Of a DNA stretch of 43,337 bases, positions 17,567 through 26,838 are shown piece after piece (positions within the stretch are counted from its first letter, which is position 1; every line of letters starts with the position of its first letter). The notes beneath the pieces are model-generated. The model had not been told where the DNA came from, did not search any database, and worked only from the letters and a program-made list of their open reading frames with translations. The stretch is taken from the IMG/VR virus record IMGVR_UViG_3300043220_000029, positions 1 to 43,337 of that record. One strand, written 5' to 3'. The position numbers were made by a program, and so were the translations under genes. This stretch comes from a virus. Taxonomy: Duplodnaviria; Caudoviricetes.

Positions 17567-18256
17567 TTAGGCCCCCGGGTGCGCGGCCCGTGCGTGGTTG
17601 ATAAGCCACTGCGCTGGGTCGGCGTGCCCTTCAGGCGCGTCGCTTCCGCACACTACACACGCCGGTATCGCAGCTTCCTGCATCTCTTCAGCCGCAGCGT
17701 TGGCCTGGTCTACGCTGAGGTCTGTCACGGTGCCCGGAGGTGCTGCCTCCAGGTCGATATCCAGACTCGCGATGAGTTCTTGCAGTCGCGGGTCCTCGGA
17801 GGCAATCTGCTGCTCGATGCGCTCCAGGATGACGCGGTGCGTAACCGCCGCTTCGGCGTGAAAGCCCCGAACATGCGCGACGACCTGCCGGCGGTAGTGC
17901 AGCGCTTTCTTGCACATGCCGACGAAGCATTTGTACTGGGCATCCCGCTGCGTGCGCTCAGGCGCCGCGATCCTGAACCAGAGGCCGCCATCAGCGCGAC
18001 GCTGGCGATTCAAGGCGTTCGGCCCGCCGACATCCCACTGTCCGCGAGGGAGCTTGCATGGAACGCCATACTCGCCCTTCTCATCCACGAACATCTTCCA
18101 GGCGTCCATCCACTGCGGATCAATACTAGGCTCCGTGTACGCGGCTGTCTCTGCGCCCATGCTGGCGGCATCCGGCGCCTCAGGCTGCATATGCGAGCCT
18201 TCTTGCTCGCGCAGCGCATCAGATTCGCGGGCCCATAGCTCTGTGTCCATTACCAT
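17567..18256 (-). CDS. Hypothetical protein with C2H2-type zinc finger(s)
   Basis: CFVGMCKK...HVRGFH and CVVC...HARAAH; AAGGAGG RBS. Confidence 0.65.
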   Translation of the reverse strand: MVMDTELWARESDALREQEGSHMQPEAPDAASMGAETAAYTEPSIDPQWMDAWKMFVDEKGEYGVPCKLPRGQWDVGGPNALNRQRRADGGLWFRIAAPERTQRDAQYKCFVGMCKKALHYRRQVVAHVRGFHAEAAVTHRVILERIEQQIASEDPRLQELIASLDIDLEAAPPGTVTDLSVDQANAAAEEMQEAAIPACVVCGSDAPEGHADPAQWLINHARAAHPGA

Positions 18257-18257
18257 A

Positions 18258-18647
18258 TCATCGCCTCCTTAGTGTCCGGGGGTTGCGCTCTATCAGCTTA
18301 GCTCGGGCGTCCCTGAGTTCGTCGTAGCTGTCGAGCATCTTGTCCTTGCGCTGGCGTCGCCGGGCGTCCCAGTCGACCTTTTCGTCAGTCGGGTTCTCCC
18401 GTTCGTACAGGTATTCGTCCGTGAGGTGCTGCACTTCGTCCGCCGTCTCAACGCCGTGCGAGGGAATCCATAAGTATTCGCCAACGTCCGGGATCTCCTC
18501 CATCGACGTGATCACCCCAAACTCCGACCCGTCATCGTGCCGGTAGCGTTCGATGTGGAAACGGAACCGACGGCCATCGTGCGGCATCTCGGCGTAGCCT
18601 GAGCCGACAAGGTGAACCTTGTTCATCAAGACGTTGGCTGCGTTCAT
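18258..18647 (-). CDS. Hypothetical protein
   Basis: Start MNAANV coupled by ATGA, with AAAGGA RBS. Confidence 0.6.
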   Translation of the reverse strand: MNAANVLMNKVHLVGSGYAEMPHDGRRFRFHIERYRHDDGSEFGVITSMEEIPDVGEYLWIPSHGVETADEVQHLTDEYLYERENPTDEKVDWDARRRQRKDKMLDSYDELRDARAKLIERNPRTLRRR

Positions 18648-18823
18648 GCGTCCTTTCGCCTCGTCCATTTGTCCGCGTCGCCGGCTCGCACTTGATCGGG
18701 GGTGAACTCTTGTGACTTGCCCCTGTCCCAAACGATGACACTCTCTACGTCAGTATCTTGCAGCGAACTCCGAATCGCGGAGGTTGGACTGCCTACCTTG
18801 CGCCGGCCCAGTTTGTTACGCAA
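18644..18823 (-). CDS. Hypothetical small protein (TTG start)
   Basis: AAGGTG 7 nt before TTG; fills the gap between neighbours. Confidence 0.4.
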   Translation of the reverse strand: MRNKLGRRKVGSPTSAIRSSLQDTDVESVIVWDRGKSQEFTPDQVRAGDADKWTRRKDA

Positions 18824-19067
18824 CGGTGAACACCTTTTCGTTCTTGAACTCGATCTCGTATGGCAACTGGCGGGAGGCAGGCCCGTCCAGGACCACACCC
18901 CCCCCCGATGCCTGAGTTGCAGCTACGATTGCGTCGATGTTGGTGCGAGTCGGGCGGCCGAACTCCATCCGCTTCAGCCAGGCGTCCGTGACGGTCGTGC
19001 CACGCTGTACCTGGCCTTCCTCGCGGATGTGCCATTGCCTGTACTCGCGCTCAACGACGTAGTTCAT
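18816..19067 (-). CDS. Hypothetical protein
   Basis: Tightly packed after the upstream gene. Confidence 0.55.
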   Translation of the reverse strand: MNYVVEREYRQWHIREEGQVQRGTTVTDAWLKRMEFGRPTRTNIDAIVAATQASGGGVVLDGPASRQLPYEIEFKNEKVFTVA

Positions 19068-19070
19068 CGG

Positions 19071-19793
19071 CTAGCAGATGTTCAGGTCGATAAGCGACTT
19101 GTTGCCATCGGAACCGACGTTTAGGACACGCCCGAGAATGACGGACGTGTCGGCAGCGGCTGGCCCAACGGACGCGGCCTGCGTGACAAGCATCGCGGCG
19201 TTGTGCCCGATGATCAGCGTGCCCTTGGTCGTGACGGATGCGGGGCCGACAACTTGCAGCCAGCCAAATACACTGGCGGTCAGCGCCGAGACGGACACGC
19301 CCACGGCGGGGCCGGTCAGTGTGGTCACGGGCGACTGAATGACACCCTTGTACTGGTTCGCAATCAGCGAGACCGAGTTCGCCGTTGCGGGAACGGCTGT
19401 TTGTAGCGGCTCGAAGAGCGGTACGGTGAACGAACCCGAGGAGGCGACGGCAGGGTGCTCCTGAATGGTGTACGTCTGCCCCTTGGCAGTGCCAATCGGG
19501 ATATGCAGATAGCCGTCCTTGTAGGCGTTTACCGCCACTGCGGTGGCGCCCAGCGCGACCACGAGCGTCCGGTCATCGACAACTCCGGCTGTCGGCGTTT
19601 GCAGTACGTGGTTGGCCACTGGTGCCGAGGACTGGATCACATCGCCGGAGACGAGCAGCACCGCAGCGTTCTCCGCATAGCGGAACGCTCGCCCATCTGG
19701 GAAGATCATCCGCCCACCCAGGATGTGACCTGCCTGGACGGTGGATTCGTTGAACTGGTCGCCAGGGCCACCAGCTACGATTGGAAGCAACAT
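19071..19793 (-). CDS. Probable capsid decoration/cement protein
   Basis: Directly after the capsid gene; LGGRM.FPDGRAFRYA and FGWLQV.GP motifs; AAGGAG RBS. Confidence 0.55.
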   Translation of the reverse strand: MLLPIVAGGPGDQFNESTVQAGHILGGRMIFPDGRAFRYAENAAVLLVSGDVIQSSAPVANHVLQTPTAGVVDDRTLVVALGATAVAVNAYKDGYLHIPIGTAKGQTYTIQEHPAVASSGSFTVPLFEPLQTAVPATANSVSLIANQYKGVIQSPVTTLTGPAVGVSVSALTASVFGWLQVVGPASVTTKGTLIIGHNAAMLVTQAASVGPAAADTSVILGRVLNVGSDGNKSLIDLNIC

Positions 19794-19817
19794 GCTTAAT
19801 TCTCCTTCTAAGCCGCC

Positions 19818-21020
19818 CTACGCGGTGAGCGGGCTTGCGTCGTAGGTTGCGGCGATGGCGTAGTGCTGGTCCAGGATGCCGAACCCGTAGTCGTCTACAA
19901 GGGACATCTGGATCGAGCGGCCGTCATCGGAGTCCTTGACGAAGATTTGGTCGCCTGCGCCATCGTGCGGGAACGGGATAAATGCGATGGCGTCTCGGTG
20001 GCCGATGATGCCAACGGTGTCATCTGACCCGTTCTTGGCGAAGTTGGAGTTGCCGAACAGTTGCACGCCCCCGACCTTGCCAACATTGGCGTCCGCGATT
20101 GCCTGGGCACCGATACCGGCTGGTGCGGCAGTAACGGATGTTGTGGCAACGGTGCCGATGATAGCGCCACCTGCCAGGGAACGCATGACGGCCCCCAGCG
20201 ATTCCCAGCGGAACGCGCCCCAGATTTGGCCCTTCGGCGTCTGGTTGCTGACCGTGCCAGCAGAAATCGCGACGGTGGCGATATTGTCTCCGCTTCTGAG
20301 GGTGGTGAAGCCACCGAGGAGCGTGCCCGGCGTCAGAAGGTCGCCGGCTGAACCCTGCGTGTGCGTGGTAAAGCTGGCAGCCAGGCCACCAATGTCAGCA
20401 TCGATCTTCCGCTCGCGCGCGTCTCGCATGATGCGGCCCGAGCGGAGCGCCATGTTCTCCGTCCACTGCGCCAGTGACTTCTTGGTAAACTTGACCGCGA
20501 GGCCAACTTCGCCGGGAACGATCACGACGTTCGAGGTGGAGAGCTTCTGAAAGTTGGTGATGTCCTCACCTTGCGTCAGCCCCTCTGAGTTCAGGTGGCC
20601 GAGCTTCGGGGAGTTCCAGGACGTACCCATGCCCTGCTGAAGGTTGTCGTTGAATACGAGGGAGCGCAGCGAGCCAACCTCCTGGGTCGTCTCCCGCGCC
20701 TTCGCGATTGTGAGCTTCAGAAGGTTGCCAGGTACAGTTGGCCTGGTCGCCTCCGTAAACGTTCCTGTCTGCATCACGCCCAGTTCAGAATTCAGCAGGC
20801 GTAGCGCGTATGATGCGGCGACCGCCTTGGTCAGTGCTACGAAGGCAATCTGGCGTTGGATCATCCATGCCCGAACTGCGATCCGAAGCTTGCCGAAGTC
20901 GATCAGCCTCCGTCGATCAGCCCTCGATAGAAAGCTGAACGCCTGACGGTCAACGTAAGCAAACATCGCAGCAAAGCCAACGACGAACGATACGAGAACC
21001 AATTGTAACGTGCGAATCAT
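19818..21020 (-). CDS. Major capsid protein (HK97 fold, inferred) with ~81-aa N-terminal leader
   Basis: Follows the scaffold gene; SPKLGHL.S.GLTQGED, RERKIDADI and C-terminal DDYGFGILD patterns; AAGGAG RBS supports the 21020 start. Confidence 0.75.
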   Translation of the reverse strand: MIRTLQLVLVSFVVGFAAMFAYVDRQAFSFLSRADRRRLIDFGKLRIAVRAWMIQRQIAFVALTKAVAASYALRLLNSELGVMQTGTFTEATRPTVPGNLLKLTIAKARETTQEVGSLRSLVFNDNLQQGMGTSWNSPKLGHLNSEGLTQGEDITNFQKLSTSNVVIVPGEVGLAVKFTKKSLAQWTENMALRSGRIMRDARERKIDADIGGLAASFTTHTQGSAGDLLTPGTLLGGFTTLRSGDNIATVAISAGTVSNQTPKGQIWGAFRWESLGAVMRSLAGGAIIGTVATTSVTAAPAGIGAQAIADANVGKVGGVQLFGNSNFAKNGSDDTVGIIGHRDAIAFIPFPHDGAGDQIFVKDSDDGRSIQMSLVDDYGFGILDQHYAIAATYDASPLTA

Positions 21021-21031
21021 GAAATTACTCC

Positions 21032-21961
21032 TTAGTTGCCGCGTGCGGCGATCCACGCCCGATCTTCGTCGGTCGGACGGTTGCCCTTACTGTCCTGCCC
21101 ATAGGCGAGACGATCGAGGCGCGCCGTATCAGAATTGTCGATAGAGCCACCGCCAGCCGTCCCAGCGGGAGCCGCCGGTGGCTGCGTGCCGTTGCGCTGT
21201 TCGGCCCTCGCCTCTACTCCCACCCGCTCCACCTTGGCATTCAGCTCCTTGATCTCGTCTTGCAGGGGCTTCTTCGCCGCTGCCGAGATCGCCGAGACCA
21301 TATCGGTGAAGATGGCGGGGTCGCTCAGGCCGCGTTGCATCTTGGTCAGCCGGGCGCGGAACTTGTTGCCGAAGTCTTCTGACTCGGCCGCCTCCGCCAA
21401 CCCATTGATCAGCCCTGCCGCACCAACCCATCTGCCAGCTTCTTGGTGCTCGCCGGTCAGCGCCGCGAAAGCTTCGCTGTGCTCCTCCATCAAGTCGCCC
21501 AGGGCGGTTGCCGAGATGGCTGGAGCTTCGCCTTCAGGTCCAGCTCTCGTGAGCTTGTTGAAGGAGCTCAGGAACCGGTTCATGCTGCCGTCGATGCGGT
21601 TCAGCCGCCCTTCGCGCTCTTGATACGACTCCCGCATCGTTTCGAGGGCTTCGGTACGGCCCGTGTTTCGGGCGGCATCCTCACGCTCTGTGATGCGCGG
21701 CGCGATCTCCTCGTGGGCGAGCAGCTCTTCGGGGTCGCTGATCGTGGCCCACGCAGGAGCCGACGGAGTCTCAGGCTTGGGATCGCCACCATCACCTTCA
21801 GGGGATACGGGACCATCGCCAGGCTTCGCCTCGGTCCCATCGGACGGAGGCTCAAGCGTGGCTGCGGCAGCCGCTTCTTCGCTGATTGGTGGTGTGGTGG
21901 CGCCCTCCGCCAGAGGCTTCGCTTCTAGAGTGGCTGTGGTGGGGTCGTCGCCATCAGACAT
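21032..21961 (-). CDS. Probable capsid scaffolding protein
   Basis: Acidic disordered N-terminus, coiled-coil middle, Pro/Gly linker and short C-terminal helix; directly upstream of the capsid gene. Confidence 0.65.
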   Translation of the reverse strand: MSDGDDPTTATLEAKPLAEGATTPPISEEAAAAATLEPPSDGTEAKPGDGPVSPEGDGGDPKPETPSAPAWATISDPEELLAHEEIAPRITEREDAARNTGRTEALETMRESYQEREGRLNRIDGSMNRFLSSFNKLTRAGPEGEAPAISATALGDLMEEHSEAFAALTGEHQEAGRWVGAAGLINGLAEAAESEDFGNKFRARLTKMQRGLSDPAIFTDMVSAISAAAKKPLQDEIKELNAKVERVGVEARAEQRNGTQPPAAPAGTAGGGSIDNSDTARLDRLAYGQDSKGNRPTDEDRAWIAARGN

Positions 21962-22081
21962 GCAACACGCTCCTTGGCTTGCGCCTCAGAGCGTGCCTGA
22001 CAGTGGCCTCAATGAGAAGCGACAGCACACCCTGAGGCGCACTGTCGCCTATAACCTACCCCGTAGGGTATCCGTTGTCAA
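21962..22081 (-). promoter_or_regulatory. Late promoter and structured 5' leader of the scaffold/capsid operon
   Basis: TTGACA(22081-22076)-17nt-TAGGTT; 13-bp hairpin 22019-22048; a second GCAA-loop hairpin covers the AAGGAG RBS. Confidence 0.7.
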
Positions 22082-22092
22082 GTGGGAGCACT

Positions 22093-25000
22093 TTACCGCG
22101 TGGCGTTCTCGACTGCGAGAATGAGATCGCTTATCCGATCATTTGCCAGGTCGGGGTAGAACAGCAGTAGCGGATCGCGGTTTGCGATAATGAAGTTCTC
22201 GTATTGCTCGCTGGTATTATCAGCTCGCCAGCGTGAGCTGCCCAGGTCGATAGCCGCCTCGATGAAGTTCTCGCTGAAGCCTCGTAGGGGGCCGATGATC
22301 CGCATGAAGTCCGCCACGGATTCTACGTTCTCGGACCCCACGACGTTCTTGCGTTCCTCTCGGGCTCTCAGCATGTCGCGCCGGAAGTCCTGTAGCTTTG
22401 TCTGAAGGGAGACGGGGAACGGCGTATAGCGCGGGATCTCGGCGAGCTGGTCGCGGAGCGGGCGCGCCTCTGTGCGATATCGTAACTGCATCGGAGTATC
22501 GTGATGCCCAAGAATCAGACGCAGGAAGTCATCACGCTCGGCGTCGGATAACGGCGCGAGGGCCTTATCCTGCAATAAGTCTACCGTGAGCCAGTCGATC
22601 TGTCCTGTCTCTGGATCGGCGAAGTCGTCAGGGTTGATGTCAAAGAAGGCATCTGTGGCAGCACCTACCGATCCTTCCTGGGCGCTAACATCGCCAAACT
22701 CAATGCCAGCGAACTCCCGCAAGTCCTGGCGACTCTGGAAGAAACGCTGCCCACGGTCAGAAAGGTTCCCCCGCCACTGGTTGCCGTTAATCGCGCCACT
22801 CCCAAGCCGAGCATCGTCCTGTTCCTGCTCAGTCCGCTGCCGATCCCTAAGCGTGTCTATGAAGTCGAATGCTTGCCCGCGCACATCGCGAGGCGGGAGT
22901 CGGTCAAGGACGGCTTGTTGCTGCTGTACCCGTTCGTCCGCATCTACGCGTGCAGCCGCAACGGGATCGTCAGTCTTGAGATCGCGGAAGTTGCCCTCTA
23001 GCCCCATCTCGCTCATAACGGTTGCCCGAATGAAACGTAGCTCCTCGAATGGCGAAGTCTCACGCAGATCAACGCCCGCGAGCTGGGCTCCCGCACGCTC
23101 AGCCAAAGCCCCAACATCTGTCGGCTCTACCTCGCCTCGCCTGATTGCCTCTGAGGGCTCAGCAGCGGCGAGCGGCAAGACGTTGTTCGCCGCGTACCAG
23201 ATCGTCCGGAGCACATTCTCAGGAAAACTCCCCGTGGCGATCTTTCCGCCCCAGTAGTCCTTGTTCCGCGCAATATCGATAGGCGTGCTGAGAGCGGGCG
23301 TCACCTTGTTCTGAAGCCACTGTGCCGTGCCGACGAAGGGCACGTAGATAGGCACGCCTTTGACTTCGCCCACCCTCTGCGGAATGAACGCCTTTGCTGC
23401 TGAGCGCAGCGGCCCGCCAAGCGGGATGCGACGTTGCTTTCCCAGGGCAACGCTCATGAAGCGCGGGCTCTTAGGGTTGATCACCGCATCTAGCGCATCC
23501 TCTGGCGACCAGCCAGAAAGCATATGGGTTACAACGCCGGCCGTGACGATGCTGCCGAAGATGCTTGATAGGTGGAGGATCGCCAACTGCTCGCGGCCTG
23601 CCAACTCCTGCCACCGTGCTTTCGGGGAAAGCGCCCGTGAAGCGGAGAGCTTTGCAAGCCCTGATGCCGCGTCCTTCATCGCAGCCGCCGGGCCGCCGAT
23701 GAATGAGGTGGAAATGAAGGGTAGGCGCTCAACGCGGGCCTGCAATACCGACACGCCGCGTTCTCCCGCATTGAGGGCAGGGATGATCTTCGAGAGCGCG
23801 TTGCTAGCCTCTGCGTCTGCCACGTTCTGCGGCGCCCCTCCTAGTTGAGCGATCTTCGTATCAGTCTTCCACTGGTTGTAGCGAATCAACTCTACGGCAG
23901 ACATGAGGCTGTCGTTTAGCTCTCGACCGCCGGGGATTGCGCTGATCACTTGCTCCGCGCCAGGGATGCGGCTAACTGCGCCTGCCACTCTGGGGAAGCG
24001 TTCGAGCACCCGTCGTCCACTGGGGATACGCTCGATGCCTCGCGCCTCCTGGACGAACTCTGTGCCTAACTGCCCGAAGGGTCGCCCAGTCGCCTGCGTG
24101 AAGCGCTGCACCAGTTCAGGCTCCTCACGCGTAATTCTCAGCAGCTCCTCTGGGCTAAAGAGCGCCCGGCGAACACCTGGCAGACTGCGGGCACCCGTCA
24201 ACGGGTCGGACAGGATGCCCAGCAGTCCTTGAATCGTTAGCGGGCTGACATCGGCAGCAAAGGCAGTAAGGCGCACCTCGTCAACGGCTGCTAAGAGGCC
24301 GTCGCCGATGTTGAGCTTTGTACGCAATATCTGGTCTATCGCTGCCGATTGCGGGGCCTCGTGATATCGGAACGTGCTGCGGTTGAGTACGAAGGGCTCC
24401 AGGTTGGCTGCCTTCCATGCTGGCTGCAATCGCCGTATCTCTTGGCGAACGCCCCTAATCTCCGCATTGACAGCCTTAACGTTTTGGCCCTTGCGAAGCC
24501 CTCGCGTTATCTTCACATCGAGCGCATCCGCCAACTCACCCAGGTCGCCATCAGGTGCAGTCAGGAAGTCATCTATTGCGCTGCGCGTTCGCTCCGTGAG
24601 CCTGCCCGTCGCACCGCGTAAGTTGTCCAGTCTTTGCCTCAGGCCAATCATGCGGTTGGCGAGGTCCGGGTGAAGCTCCTGCATGATGTCTAGCCGCGTC
24701 CTACCACCGGAGCCGAGCCGGAACGTCTCGTTACCTGCCATCTTCGCTAGGGCGCGGTCGTGGACTGAGCTTAGTTCGGCCAAGTCAGTCTCAGCGCGAA
24801 ACTTGGGGTTCTTCAGCGAACGCTCGCGAGCAGTCTCGTACACCCTCGGCTTTGAGATGGCCGTTCTAGTGGGGAGGCCGGACGACGTATAGCCATCAGC
24901 CACCTTCAGTAGAGACTCATCCAGCGTCTCTCTCGCGGCCACGGTAGGCAGGTAAGCCCAGCCTAGCTTCTCTGAAGTGAACGGCCTGATGTTGCCGTTG

Positions 25001-26832
25001 TAGTCCCCGACGAAGCGGGCGAGGAACCGGTTGCTGATATCGTCGTAGGCTGCTACGGCAGCGCGGAGTTGCGGGCTGACGTCGGTGTACAGCTCAGGGT
25101 TCTCAAAGAAGTCCTTGGCCGTGTTATTGAGGTAGTCTGTTGCTGGGTTCCGAGGCCCCGTGTAAGTAGGAGGCTGCGCCGTCCAAGCCGCCTCAAACCC
25201 ATCAATAACCGTGCTGCGCGTCGCCGCGAACTCCGTCTCAAGAGTTGCATCCACGGCCCGCTGAGCGTTGTAGGACACGAGCACGTCTCGGTCTATGCTA
25301 ACACTGGGATTCAACCCTGATACCGCCTGACGGACGCCGGGGAGCTGTGTGGCTCGGCCTGGCCGTAGCAGCGTCTCCTCTTTCAAGTCGAGAGCCTGTT
25401 GAGCGCCGGTGGTTCCACGCTCAGGGAGTTGCCCACCTGTTGGCGAGGTAGGTGGCGGTTCGATTGGCGGGGCCTGGGCAGCCTCCCCACTGGGAACCGC
25501 GCCAGCAGGCTCGACAGCGCCTGGTCCCACGTCCAACGCCGATGCCGCCTCGCGCTCAGCACGCCGAATGCCACGCCTAGTTGCCGCCCTAGTTCGTTCA
25601 GCGAGGGCGGCAACCATCGACTGAACCGATGGATCATAAACACCATCAATCACGAACCCGCCATCTTGAACACGCTCAAGCGGAAGGCCTTGCTCGCGAA
25701 TAATGTCCATGTGGGTTCGATTGCCACCCTGCCCTAGTGGATCGAAGTAGATAGCCCCATCATCTGTACGAACAGCAGGGAATGTACCTTGTTCTGGTAA
25801 CCGCCGCATAGGGGGCAATTCTCGTACCGGACCGCCCGGCGGCGTGACCGCGCCCCGCTCCTGCGGCAGCAGCCGGCTAATCTCATCTACCAGCTTCCGC
25901 GCCTTGCCGCCCACGGCAGGATCGTTGATTAGCCTGGCAGCATTGTCTCGTATGCCGCGTAGCACATCAGGAGCTACTCTCGCCCCTGCTTTCAGCTCTG
26001 GCCCTAGCTTCAGGGCTATACGGAGCGCGTCGTCGATAATGGGTACGGGCACGAGGTTGGATAGCACGGCGACTTCAGGGAAGCCCACCGCCCCCACTTG
26101 ACCGCCGACCTCACTGAGATCAATCCCTGCGGCTGCCGCTAGTGGACCGGCGGGCGTCGCCTCAAGTTGCGTGCCGAGCCCCCGCCCAAGGAACCGTCCG
26201 ACCGGTTCCGTGACAGGTCTACCAAACTCGACTTCGGCTTCGAGCAACCCCAATGGACCGCGTTCCTCAGCGAACTCTCGCGCCTCCAGGCCGCTAGGAA
26301 TGCCTCCCAGTACGGGGATGTTTAGGCGTTCGCCGGCCTCGCGGCCAGCCTGGAGCGCTGTGCCCAGCGGCACGCCAGTGACGGCGAGTTCCGCCAATCT
26401 GCCTGTCGCTTGATTGATGCGTTCGTTGATGCGGCGAAGGTCGCCGAAGATAGGCAGCCCTGAGGTGTCGGCTGGAATGCTGGAGAGCGTCTCGCGGAAC
26501 GGCTCACGCCCTGGTGGGCCGCCACGCCCCGTAAGCTGGGTCAGTATCTCTGGTAGCGCCGCTGGTGGGATAGTAGGAGTGCTGGGACGGAAGGGTTCTC
26601 TGCCAGGAGGCCCCGGCCTCGCCCGTAAGGGCTCCAGCGTCGCCTCTGCCGTGTCCTGCGTGAACGCGTCACCAAGCCGCCGCAGGGTCAGCCTCGCGCC
26701 TCGCTGTGCCCGCTCCAGGCCAGCCTCAACGACGGGCGCCAGCGTCTCCAGCACTTGGGTCTGCGTTGCCTGGAAGCGCTCACGACGGCGACGTTCACCA
26801 GGGCTGTCGTAGAAGCCAAGTTCGTTGGGCAT
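22093..26832 (-). CDS. Large internal virion / DNA-ejection protein (1579 aa)
   Basis: Size, helical Ala/Arg/Glu-rich composition, position in the structural block; NKDYWGGKI motif; hydrophobic segment about two-thirds along. Confidence 0.55.
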   Translation of the reverse strand: MPNELGFYDSPGERRRRERFQATQTQVLETLAPVVEAGLERAQRGARLTLRRLGDAFTQDTAEATLEPLRARPGPPGREPFRPSTPTIPPAALPEILTQLTGRGGPPGREPFRETLSSIPADTSGLPIFGDLRRINERINQATGRLAELAVTGVPLGTALQAGREAGERLNIPVLGGIPSGLEAREFAEERGPLGLLEAEVEFGRPVTEPVGRFLGRGLGTQLEATPAGPLAAAAGIDLSEVGGQVGAVGFPEVAVLSNLVPVPIIDDALRIALKLGPELKAGARVAPDVLRGIRDNAARLINDPAVGGKARKLVDEISRLLPQERGAVTPPGGPVRELPPMRRLPEQGTFPAVRTDDGAIYFDPLGQGGNRTHMDIIREQGLPLERVQDGGFVIDGVYDPSVQSMVAALAERTRAATRRGIRRAEREAASALDVGPGAVEPAGAVPSGEAAQAPPIEPPPTSPTGGQLPERGTTGAQQALDLKEETLLRPGRATQLPGVRQAVSGLNPSVSIDRDVLVSYNAQRAVDATLETEFAATRSTVIDGFEAAWTAQPPTYTGPRNPATDYLNNTAKDFFENPELYTDVSPQLRAAVAAYDDISNRFLARFVGDYNGNIRPFTSEKLGWAYLPTVAARETLDESLLKVADGYTSSGLPTRTAISKPRVYETARERSLKNPKFRAETDLAELSSVHDRALAKMAGNETFRLGSGGRTRLDIMQELHPDLANRMIGLRQRLDNLRGATGRLTERTRSAIDDFLTAPDGDLGELADALDVKITRGLRKGQNVKAVNAEIRGVRQEIRRLQPAWKAANLEPFVLNRSTFRYHEAPQSAAIDQILRTKLNIGDGLLAAVDEVRLTAFAADVSPLTIQGLLGILSDPLTGARSLPGVRRALFSPEELLRITREEPELVQRFTQATGRPFGQLGTEFVQEARGIERIPSGRRVLERFPRVAGAVSRIPGAEQVISAIPGGRELNDSLMSAVELIRYNQWKTDTKIAQLGGAPQNVADAEASNALSKIIPALNAGERGVSVLQARVERLPFISTSFIGGPAAAMKDAASGLAKLSASRALSPKARWQELAGREQLAILHLSSIFGSIVTAGVVTHMLSGWSPEDALDAVINPKSPRFMSVALGKQRRIPLGGPLRSAAKAFIPQRVGEVKGVPIYVPFVGTAQWLQNKVTPALSTPIDIARNKDYWGGKIATGSFPENVLRTIWYAANNVLPLAAAEPSEAIRRGEVEPTDVGALAERAGAQLAGVDLRETSPFEELRFIRATVMSEMGLEGNFRDLKTDDPVAAARVDADERVQQQQAVLDRLPPRDVRGQAFDFIDTLRDRQRTEQEQDDARLGSGAINGNQWRGNLSDRGQRFFQSRQDLREFAGIEFGDVSAQEGSVGAATDAFFDINPDDFADPETGQIDWLTVDLLQDKALAPLSDAERDDFLRLILGHHDTPMQLRYRTEARPLRDQLAEIPRYTPFPVSLQTKLQDFRRDMLRAREERKNVVGSENVESVADFMRIIGPLRGFSENFIEAAIDLGSSRWRADNTSEQYENFIIANRDPLLLFYPDLANDRISDLILAVENATR

Positions 26833-26838
26833 GTTGCC

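Noticed and set aside
22093-26832. Tape measure protein of a long-tailed phage
   Set aside because: No major tail or chaperone genes precede it, and it lies between portal and scaffold; an internal virion protein is more consistent.
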